DNA of 64,000 nucleotides. It comes from the human T2T-CHM13v2.0 reference genome, Homo sapiens. A program made the position numbers and the translations under genes. Shown here one piece after another: positions 1 to 10,954 of this stretch. The notes under the pieces are model-generated. The model was not told the DNA's origin and made no database searches. It saw nothing but the letters and a program-made list of their open reading frames with translations. How positions within the stretch are numbered: the first letter of the stretch is position 1; each line of letters opens with the position of its first letter. Where the stretch lies: the NCBI RefSeq assembly GCF_009914755.1, contig NC_060927.1. One strand, given 5' to 3'.

Positions 1-785
1 GGAGGATTTTTACTTTGATAATTTCCTACTCTAAATAATTATTTTACATTTAGATCACCATAAATAAATGGAATTAACTCAAAAAAGGAAACTAACCTTA
101 GTAAAAGACAAATTGACAGCCAGGCAGCATCATAAATCTCATGACCAATGAGATATTTGCAAGTAACTTCTCCTTGGTGTTGCCCATAAACACATCTGTT
201 AGTAAAGTTGTGTATGAGTACAGTTACTTCCCCACATTAAGACCTGGGTAATTATGCTATTGTTAGTCAAAGTTCTAAGTTACTTAACATGGGTTGCAAT
301 TTCAAGTGTTTGAAAATGGTATAACCATTAAACGTACAGGGCAAAATAAGCAAACTATTTACTTCTAAATCGTTAAATGATTTTTGTTGTCATCTATGAA
401 GCATACCTAGGTGAAGTCAGCATCAGTATTTGTTTCCAGGCTCACTTCCAAGCCAATGGCAACAATAGAACCAGTGTCTCACTGAACGTGGAGAGCCAAC
501 ACAGTTCAGAGACAATAGTTTCTTAGCTTTCTCCCATTGTTTCACTCACATAAAGCAATCTGTACTTCTTGTCCCATATTACATTTGGTCTTTAATACTG
601 GCAATTTGAGGACATACTATTAAAGGAAAAACTTCTGTCAAATATTATTATGCTTCCAAATCCTAAAGTAATTACTTAATATGAAGTATAAGGGCACAGA
701 GACAAGAAGTTGCCTATTCAATATCAATTCCTTTTCTTTTTTTTTAAACCTTACTAATAGATCCAATTTTATTCAGGTCATTATA

Positions 786-855
786 GGGAAAGAGAGAGAG
801 AGAAGGAAAAAAGGAAGGAAGGAAAGAAAAAAAGAGGGAAGAGAAAGAAAGAATG
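786..855. repeat. GA-rich low-complexity (polypurine) tract
   Basis: ~70 nt almost entirely A/G (agagagagag...ggaaggaaggaaagaaaa). Confidence 0.85.
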
Positions 856-1213
856 GACTACATTTCCCAGATTGCCTTGCAACTAGGTTCAGTTAAGAAT
901 GAGTAGTTATCATTGGGTGGAGACTTCCAGAAAAGCCCCTCAAAGGGGACTGACTTATGGACATGCACTATTTTCATTGTTCTTTAGCTTTCTCTTGCTT
1001 AGAACATGCACAGCATGGCTGACGATTTGCAACCATGTTGAGAATGTGAGATTGAAGGTCACACCTTACGATACTACAGCAGGAAGTTAGAAGGATCCAG
1101 GGTTCCTGAGAACATCATGGGGCTGCCATACCAGCAGTTGCCTGCCAGTCTTCAGATTTCTTTTAAATTTTAAGCCACTGTTTTTGGGGTCTCTGTTACT
1201 CACACAGACATAA
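856..1213 (+). mobile_element. Old ERVL/MaLR-type solo LTR remnant (MLT1/LTR16/LTR33-like)
   Basis: gactacatttcccag...cttgcaactagg near the start and ttaagccactgtttttggggtctctgttac near the end resemble recalled consensus blocks; subfamily not resolved. Confidence 0.6.
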
Positions 1214-1235
1214 TAGAGAAGTTGAAAAAGTGTTG

Positions 1236-1360
1236 ATTGAGACCCGGTGTCTAATTTTTGCCTTTCCATAGACCGTATGGCCTTTAAAACCTCTCTTTAC
1301 ATCTCATGGCCTCAGGTCTCTTCTCTATAAAATAAGTGAGTTGGGCTGGATGATCCTAAG
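1236..1360 (+). mobile_element. MIR (MIR3/MIRc-like) fragment
   Basis: ggcctcaggtctcttctctataaaataag...gggctggatgatcctaagg resembles the MIR core and 3' end. Confidence 0.6.
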
Positions 1361-2579
1361 GAAACAGGAATGAGACCACGATAGGTAAATGGAGGCAGGA
1401 AAGAGCTGCCCTTACTTGCTTCTAGCTTTATTTAAGAAAGGGACCTGTGGGGCTGAGGGGGTGGGCAGTAGGTAATAAAGTAACCTCACCCCTGGGATGG
1501 AACATTAGCCTATGTTTGACAGCCCTGGGCAAGAGTTGAGCTCAAGGTGATTGAAGTAATGCTACATTTGACTGGAAAAGGGCCTCCCTTCTGTGTTCTC
1601 CATACTCCCTAGTCCTTCCTGAATACTACTGGGATGTGATAGAAAAGACAAAAGGAGAACATATCTTTAGCATAGTCCATTTTTTTTTTCAGAGTCCAAC
1701 AGTTGCTTTCCATTTACCAGGGGTTGGAGGAACTAGAGAAACACGAATAATCACAATCCTCATGATCCAGAGATGCAGGAAAAGGAAGAGAAGACTCCCA
1801 TAATTTTGTCTTACTCACCCACTTAAAGAATTTACATTAAGACATATAAGCCATAAGTCACTTATTTCATTCTGGAAGATGTCCCCTGATGGCCAAGTAT
1901 AGTGCACATTGCAAATAAGCACCACACAACCAATTAGTTATTACGTTATTCACAAGAAGCAAAAAATTGTATCTATGATAAACTCTATACAAATTTTCCA
2001 GGTTCCTGGAAACAATCCAAACAATCTTTCTCCATCTACAATGTCCTTTACCAAGTTGAAACTAAATCATCTGGGATGGAAAATCTTTGATAGCTTTTCA
2101 TACCAACCTTGTGAAAAAAGATGTATGTCTAAGTTTATGGCGACAAACAGTGTTATTATCTCTCCTCCTCTAATATTTAACCAACCTAAACACTCAGGGG
2201 AAAAATGTTATCTGAAATCCAACCACTTTATATACATTCACTTGGTCTTCTTTGGACAAGTCAACCAGCTTTTTCTCACAAGTATCTCAAATACTTGTTT
2301 GGAAAGCTTTTCTCAAGTGGGTATGCAAACAGGAGGAGAACTGTTCTTTAGCAGTCCCTTCTTATAAGCCTCCAATGATGCTATCTTCTTGTACTTTAGT
2401 TAATGAAAAGATAAATATGATCTGTGCTGTGCCCAGCTGTGTTGTTCTTGTACTGAGGAATTCACAAAAGGAAAATTTTACATCATACTTTTATCAGTGA
2501 ACAAGCTTGCTAAAGCAAATAGATTTCAGCCTCCTGAGTTTGCTTCAATAAAAGATTAAACGCTAATAGTGCAACTTAC

Positions 2580-2640
2580 CGCACTCAACAGATTTATGAA
2601 TAATCAAAGTCTGGAGAAAGGCCAGGCCATTTAAGAACAT
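2580..2640 (-). CDS. Candidate coding part of an alternative first exon, MFLNGLAFLQTLIIHKSVEC + 1 nt (phase 1); gene unidentified
   Basis: ATG at 2640 (G at -3, in-frame TAG two codons upstream), 20 open codons, then GCG|GTAAGT donor (ACTTAC at 2574-2579 on +); promoter-like motifs just upstream. Confidence 0.35.
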
Positions 2641-2759
2641 TACCTACCAAACAGATGCCAGTAGTATGTAGACGTCTTCCCTATAGCCAAGCAGCTGTAT
2701 TTCCTATCGCACAACTCAATATTGACTGCATAATTGGCCTTTACAAAACATTTATTAAA

Positions 2760-2880
2760 ATGCACCATTTGTCACAGACCCAGTGTTTGTTTAAGAGTTT
2801 CAGGTGGGGAGAGGGAATTGAGGGGTGGGCGGAAGACACACAGTTTCTAATTACTAAGCGGATTTAATTGGTAAACAGCA
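2760..2880 (-). promoter_or_regulatory. Putative promoter for a leftward transcript
   Basis: CCAAT on - (2867-2871), GC box GGGCGG (2827-2832), four G-tracts (2806-2829), FOX-type TGTTTGTTTA (2784-2793) and GTAAACA (2871-2877); non-repeat sequence. Confidence 0.4.
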
Positions 2881-3884
2881 GCAAGTCCAGCCTATCCTGG
2901 TAAGATGAAAGGTCTGAATTTTCAAGGAGCAAGGAGTTCTTTAAGAAATAAAGAGAATAAGCACCTTATGAGAACTAGTTTTTGAATACCACTTTGCATC
3001 TGTGAATGGCATTCCTCTCGGTGAACACAAAGCCCATTTCCATGTGTTTACCTTCGTGTTCTCATGCTATTCCTAGGTGGTCAGCCTGCCATTATGTTGC
3101 TGCTCTCCTTTTCTAGATTAATACACTGAGGCATGGAGACTTTTTTGAATGCTCTATCTACCCAAAGGAGCATATTAAGTTAATGATTAAGTGAGGGCTG
3201 AAGTCAGCGTGCTAAGTTTCTAACTCTTTGAAAAGGATTGCTTATTTCTCCATCCTGTATCTGTATACAGCTTTAAAAAGAAAAAAAAAAAATCAGTTGA
3301 CTGATTCCTTGTAATAGAAACCACCTATTTAAAAAAATCTCCCTGCTAACAAATTCCAAATACATGTGGACAAAACGCTTTAATTAGAAGGCACTGAGTT
3401 TAGTTGCAATGAACTCAAAACGCACTCAGGGTATGACTCAAGAATGAAAAGTATCACTTTATTTTGTAGGTTTGCCATGGCAGAAAATGCAACTGGATTC
3501 CAGTTAATATCTTGCCAAATTAAAACATGCTTCTTAATTTGTTGGCCTCCTGCTCAATAAAAATCCTAGTCATGCTCTCTGTAATAGGAATTCCTCACTA
3601 AACCTCACTTAATGCTAGAAAAATGAGAGTATCATTTATCTCTGGCACCCAAGTATGTCTTCAGCAGGTGCTTGAATCATTTAAGATTTCTCTAACACCA
3701 AAAGCTAATTATTTTAGTTCTTTGGTGCTATTTTTAATTACATAAACACCTTTGGTTTCTTCAATTTTATTCAAACTTTAAAAGAGAGTAGGTTTGTGTT
3801 ATGGCAATAATTATTCATTAAGTGGAAAATAGAAATATTTTTGTTCAAATTTTAGCTTTCTAACAGCTGCATACGTATATAAAG

Positions 3885-3910
3885 GTGTGTGTGTGTGTGT
3901 GTGTGTGTGT
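3885..3910. repeat. (GT)13 microsatellite
   Basis: direct reading. Confidence 0.97.
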
Positions 3911-4288
3911 AGGTATTTCATACTCACTTGGCCCAAAGTGTAGGTGTTTTGTGCATTTACCTTACAGAGTCATTAAAAAATAATCATTTCATTGTGCATA
4001 TTCAAACGCACTCAACAAAAAAGGACAATGTATAGTAGTTATAAACTCACTGATCCCGGTAAGAAAGGGACAGTGTTCTGGCCTATATGTCTGGTATCAG
4101 AATCTGGATAATAAGTGATACATTTTTAAATGATGGGTTGGTATCTAGCCAAGTGGCTAGGTTAAATTTATGAAAACTACAATAGAGGACAGGAATGCAC
4201 ATTCAAATAAGTGAAAAATAAATCCTAAATACGTGAAAAAATTGCTCACTTTCATGGATTATTGAAGTAGGAATTTAAGGTTCCAGAT

Positions 4289-4326
4289 TATATCTATATC
4301 TGTATCTATCTATCTATCTATATATA
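4289..4326. repeat. (TATC)n/(TA)n imperfect microsatellite
   Basis: tatctatatctgtatctatctatctatctatatata. Confidence 0.8.
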
Positions 4327-4409
4327 CTTATATGCAATTTATAATATTTATGTATTTAATTATAATTCCACAACTTATATATTAAACATATTTATGTTAA
4401 ATATTAAAC

Positions 4410-4790
4410 TCAGTGCAGGTAAAATACACTTATATCCTAAAGCTTTGAAAACTGTTATAACCCTTTCAGAAAGCAAGAACAGAAATTTTATAATATGTAT
4501 ACAAATATTAAAGTGTTTACAATCTTGATAATTCTACTGCTGGAAATTTACTTTAAATACATATCAACAATAGGTAAAGCTACATTCAGTAGGGTTTTTG
4601 TTGTTGTCATGGTGGTGTTAAATTTAATCGTATAAATTTAAACCATGCAAGTAACTAACACTAGAGGGAAAAATAAGTAAATTATTGCCCCTGGATGGAC
4701 TAATACTTAAGTACAATAATAATCATACAGACTATGCAATAACTGGCCCAAATTCATGGTAAAATATTAATCAAGAAAAAGTTGAAGCTA
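4410..4790 (+). mobile_element. Highly diverged L1M(E/C)-type LINE fragment
   Basis: ataaccctttcagaaagcaa and taattctactgctggaaattta resemble old L1 3' consensus; boundaries uncertain. Confidence 0.4.
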
Positions 4791-5442
4791 TAAGAAAAGT
4801 GATTAGCAGAGCCAAACAAAACTTTAGTAAAAATTATTGCTGGTTTTTAAATTTTTTGTAATACTGCTTTTATGTTTTGAAGATGTTGACAAGAGTTTGA
4901 GTCCTTCTTGTCCATATTTAAGTGTGAGATACAATTTTCCCTGGCCTGAGCACTTCACTCCACGTAGACAGTAACAAAGACAAGTCCGATTTCTCCGAAG
5001 GGAGTCAATTCCCATGGTATAACTATCTCCCAAAGCACCACTAAGGTTGCAGTTAGTTTCCTGAGTATGCATCAAACTCATGCAATCCAGGTCTGGAAAT
5101 TACACCTGCCCTTCTTGGGAACCACTCCCTCTACATCAAAGGACTATCCTTGGCACAGTACAGCAGGGGTTGCAGCCCCCAGCCCTGAGCACAGCCACGT
5201 CTTCACATCATGAAGCCAGATTATCCTGATAAAAGGACACAGTCTCATCACCAGGCATATTTTTGTTAAAGCACAAATACCCAATGTTTCAACAATCAAA
5301 TAATCGCTAAATTACCAAGCCAAGCAATTGCTTATGGAGAAAGCCACAAAAGGAAAAGGCATCCTTAACACTCTGATATTAAAACAACAACAATAACCAA
5401 AAAAGACTTTCCAAGTTTATAATTTTTTAAAGTCTGTGTTTT

Positions 5443-5699
5443 CCTCATGTTCTCACTCATAGGTGGGAGCTGAACTCGAGAACACATGGACACAGGGCAG
5501 GGAACATCACACACCGGGGCCTGTGGTGCAGTTGGGGGCTGGGGGATGGATAGCATTAGGAGAAATACCTAATGTAAATGACGAGTTGATGGGTGCAGGA
5601 AACCAACATGGCACATGTATACCTATGTAACAAACCTGCACATTGTGCACATGTACCCTAGAACTTAAAATTTTAAAAAAAGAATTTTCCAGAAAAAAA
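5443..5699 (+). mobile_element. L1PA (about L1PA6) 3' end, 5'-truncated, 15-bp TSD
   Basis: catgttctcactcataggtggg...gcacatgtaccctagaacttaaa; TSD TAAAGTCTGTGTTTT at 5428-5442 and 5700-5714. Confidence 0.95.
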
Positions 5700-7810
5700 T
5701 AAAGTCTGTGTTTTAAAACCAGATATTTATTACTCTCTTAAAATGTCTCAGGGTAACATTTTTAGTTCTGCAACAGTGCAGCTAACATTCCGAGACCAGC
5801 CATCGTGCAACTGCCCATAAAAAAATTAACACCATCAAGGCCATTTTTCTGTGCTTAAGCTCATACCAATGAAAACTACCCTATAGGCATAAACTTGATA
5901 TTTCTGTTCACCACACATTAACCCAGCGTTCCTCAGAGTGTGACACCCAGGTGACTTCTGTGATGCAAATTTCTAAAAATCTGGCTGGAAACCTGCATGA
6001 TCGAATACCCCACTCATGACAGGGTTCAACCATTGATCTTCGCTTATTTTACCCAGCTTGCACTTAGTCTTGGAAGATTAACCCTTTGGCAGGGTGAATT
6101 CACACTGTTAAACGCAAAGGAGTCTCTCCTGAGACTCATGAAAGTGCCTTAGTTCCCAGAGTAGGACCCAGAGACTACTGGAGATCTAACATGATTCATG
6201 GGAGTCAAAGAGAAGTGGCTAACATGGGAGTTGGGGAGAGACATAGGCTCTGGAAGGAATTGAATCACAGATTCCTGGAGCTACAGAAAACCTTAGCAGT
6301 CACCTTAGCCCTCTCAGTGCACCACACAACTGGTTAGTGAGACAAACTCAATGTAGCTTTCTTTACATTGTCCCCAGAATGTTTTGAGGTAAAAGAAATA
6401 GGGGCAGAAGGAACCTGGTCATAGAAAAAAAATTATATATTATTAAAGAAACATAATAGCAAATGAGGACAATATATGTAAAGATAATCTTTAAAACGTT
6501 TTCTGACATGGTCCTGGTATACATTTTAAATTACATCTGAATGCTGAGGAGACCATCTTAGAAGCTGGTGTGGATGACGACTTCCCAATAAGAATGTTAA
6601 GAAAGGGAGAAAGCAAATCATTTACACACCTGGCCGGCCCCTGTGACCTTCAAAAGTCACTGGCTGCACATTCAGTTGCACATACACTTTTGAAAAACTT
6701 CTCTTTGTCTGGCAATGTCATTCCCCTTACCCCATCCCTCACACTTTTCAAATAGAAAGAAAAGGGTCATAGGGTGGGCACTGGCTGGGTGCAGGAGGTC
6801 TCGACCTCACCACATCTGGTGAGGGCAGAGGAGGGGAGGCAGGGAGGACTGCGGGAAAGAGCTGGAGCAAGGGTGAGAGGACAGCAAGCTGGCCAAGGAG
6901 AAACACCTCATCCCCTTAACTCCTGCTTGAAGCATCTACCTCCTCCAAACACAGAAATATGAAAAACAGGTAGTCAGCTACAGAATAGGAAATTGAGATA
7001 CTTTCCAAGGATTCAAGAGGAAGAGGAATGCATGCATGAGTTGGTCGTATTTCAGCTGCCCACATGCCGTTTTATGTGGGCACTTAGAACACATTTTCTA
7101 TAACATCCCTTTGCCACAAATAAGGCATCAGAACATTTGTTACAAAGCAAGGGTATACAAAATACACTATATGATTTTGTATATCCACCACCACCTGCAT
7201 ACTCAAAATCACAGAGATAGATTAAAAAGGATATAGTTCAAAATGTTAAAGCCATATATGCTGTGTAGGAGCACTTTACCAAATTACCTTTGTTGCAGTC
7301 GCTGAAGTTCTCATCACAAAGAGTAAAAACCATCATGCTTCCACATAGAAATAAGCAAATTGCATCAGTGAAATATAACCAGGAAGAGAAAAGGAATTCA
7401 ACCTCCCCCATCAACACTAAAACTAGTCAATAATTATCTAAGTGGTATCAGTTATGTTTTCTGCGCATCCTGGTTGGCCTCTAAGTAAAGAGAAGGAGCC
7501 GGAGAGAAGGGCTTGGGAATGCTACGGTTTCTCTATAGCAGTTTTATCTTAGGCGGTGTGTGTGAAGACTAGGGTGTATGCAGCGAGTAATCTGCATGTT
7601 TACTGCGTCAACATTCTACCCACTTCTGGGTAGAATCGTTGCTCATCCTAATCACATTCAAAGGCCCCATAGGGCAGCAAGAAGTTCCTACTTACTGGCA
7701 ATTTAGCTCTTGGAAACCCTTGAAGAGGATGGTTTTGTCCCTGTGTGCTATCATGGCTGTGTGGAGGCCACTAAGCCAGCTCACAGCTAAAATTCAACAG
7801 GCAGGAATGA

Positions 7811-8152
<342 letters not shown>

Positions 8153-8580
8153 TGAGGAGTACTGCCAATTTAAAAGTCTGCCTGATATTCAATAGAGGAA
8201 AGATACACTTTCAATAAACATTCACTTGTTTTACGTGATAATGTAAACTTGATAATGAGAATAAGAAATCTAATAAGGCCATTCTGTAATGTATATCATG
8301 AACTAAGTATATTTTCCTATTTCTTAGCACTACACTGTTTTCTGGATCTAAGTTGCCAAAAATACCTACTAGCTGAATGTAGCACAGGGGTTGAGCAGGA
8401 AGAAATCAAAAGGTTGAAGCAAAACAAACCCTGGAGAATAGGGTTTGAATTCAAATTCTGGAGGCACATTAAATAATGCTAAATAGAACTAAAGGGGGTA
8501 GTTTTCCTTATGAAAAGTCTACAATATAAATGTTGAAGTTTCTCTAGTCCTATATGAATGTGATAAAATGATCTATAAAT

Positions 8581-8769
8581 GCACTGTCAAATACGGTAGC
8601 AACTAGCCACATATGACAATTTAAAGTGAAATAATTTTTTAAAATACAGTTAAAAATTAAGTTCCTCACTCACGCTAGTGCTCAATAGCTACATAGGACT
8701 AGCAACTACCACATTGAACAGTGCAGATTACAGAACATTTTCAGCACTGCTGAAAGTTCTATTGGGCAT
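8581..8769 (-). mobile_element. MER3-like hAT-Charlie MITE
   Basis: gcactgtcaaatacggtagcaactagccaca ... agaacattttc...gaaagttctattggg matches the recalled MER3 structure in reverse. Confidence 0.8.
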
Positions 8770-9850
8770 CTCTTATTCCAGAGCTTAATAGACTTTGAAG
8801 TAATCATAGATATAAAATATAAACTAAAATAAAAGGCATCACTCCATAAAAGTGCACAAGAGGGAGTGGCATATTTAAACCATAAAGAACCTTTATTCTT
8901 TCTTTGGCTCAATCCTTATTTAGAAGGGAAAAAATCTCTTCCAGAAAACAGGTAGGGCAATAACTAGGCTAGGTAGCAAAGTTTCTAGCAGAGTTCTCAT
9001 TGAAGTCCTTTTACCTGAAAAGGCACAAATGTGTGTGTGTGTGTTTCCCCTCTGAGTTATTCAAAGCATGTACTTATATGGAGAAATGCTTACCATAGGA
9101 CCTGCTAAAATAGTATGAATGGCCCAGAGTAGTGACATTAAGACAAGGACTTTTAAAAAGCCAGGAAATCAAAACTAACTGGCAACATTTGACCTGATCT
9201 CAAAACAGATTGCTGCAGAAGGGAACATTCTTACACAGAAAGGAGCCAACTATACATTTTCTATCCTCATAGGGTTAGATATTTATACACATTTTTATCA
9301 CTGAAATTTATTTAGGATTGAAATGGTTATCTAGGTGTTGTCATTGGGTCTGTTTTTGGAAGGTCTCCTGCCTAGGGCGTTTAAAGTATGCTATATCTTG
9401 TGAGCAGGAAGATTTGATAATGTTCCAAGGTCACCTGTGCTGGAACATTGTTACCCTGCTAAATATCTTAGTTTTCTAATGATACGCAAATGGCAATTTA
9501 AAATACACTATTTAATTTCACTCTCTTCTTTTTTCTTTTTTACTGCTACAATTTGATCATGTGTGTGCCTCCATGCTCACAGGTTCAGGGTGTTCACATG
9601 ATATAATTATAACAGCTATATGAAACAAAGCTCCAGAAACTATACCATGTGAGTTACAGATTAAATGGGTTGGCAATGCTGGACACAATACCAGTTCTCA
9701 AAAGTACTCCTGATTCTAACAAGTAAAGTTGTAATAAATTAAGAGGGCTGGTATTTACATAAGTAAATATGAAATTTCAAAGCTATATGTGAATTCCCAT
9801 GCTGAATTGAATTCTTACTAACACAACATGTATTCTTTTTTTTAACGCAG

Positions 9851-10043
9851 ATGATAGCCTTGTTAAAACTAGGGAATGCTCACTGGCATATTTACTTCTT
9901 GTGGATTCTAAGGTGCCTTTACTGATGACTGAAATCTAGCTATGTTAGAATAAGAGTCACTTGAATATATTTAGCACTTTATAAAGCAATGGTAACATAT
10001 AACACTGCATTTGTCTGCCATAGCCACACATCAAGTATTTATG
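9851..10043 (+). other. Candidate non-coding exon (strong acceptor, donor less certain)
   Basis: TACTAAC 9816-9822, AG-free pyrimidine tract, CAG ending 9850; ATG|GTAGGT donor after 10043. Confidence 0.3.
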
Positions 10044-10154
10044 GTAGGTGGTATTTTGAAAGTGGGGGGTAAAAAGATCAGGTTGGTTAAGTTATGTGCC
10101 TAAGGACTTCAAGCCTTACATTTATTTTTAAAAATAATCTTAACACACAAGTAA

Positions 10155-10578
<424 letters not shown>

Positions 10579-10619
10579 TTATCAGGTGATGTGTACTAGA
10601 TCTTCTTTATGCCTTTGCA

Positions 10620-10914
10620 ACCATTCACCCTTATCCAAGAAGGTACGCATAAGAAGATCTGGTGCAGCATTGTTTATAGAAACAAAAAACAATGTAATCA
10701 CCTTAAATATCCAAAAACTAGAGATTAACCAAACTAAATGTAATTTAAAACAATGTAGCAAGCCTATATTAAATAATTTGAAGTTTCTAAAGTGCATAGC
10801 AAGTGCGTAGCACAGAGTGAGCACTATATAAAGTATCTACTATTATTATAAGGCACAACATATTTAATGAAAAACACAAACTGCAAAAAGACATACAACA
10901 TGAGCTAATTTATG

Positions 10915-10915
<1 letters not shown>
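10620..10915 (+). mobile_element. Diverged L1ME-type fragment
   Basis: tgcagcattgtttataga...caccttaaatatcca resembles the old L1 3' region. Confidence 0.4.

Positions 10916-10916
<1 letters not shown>

Positions 10917-10953
<37 letters not shown>
10917..10953. repeat. (AC)18 microsatellite
   Basis: direct reading. Confidence 0.97.

Positions 10954-10954
<1 letters not shown>

Noticed and set aside
1909-2367. 152-aa ORF
   Set aside because: Starts at TTG, has AT-rich low-information composition, no recognisable domain and no exon structure
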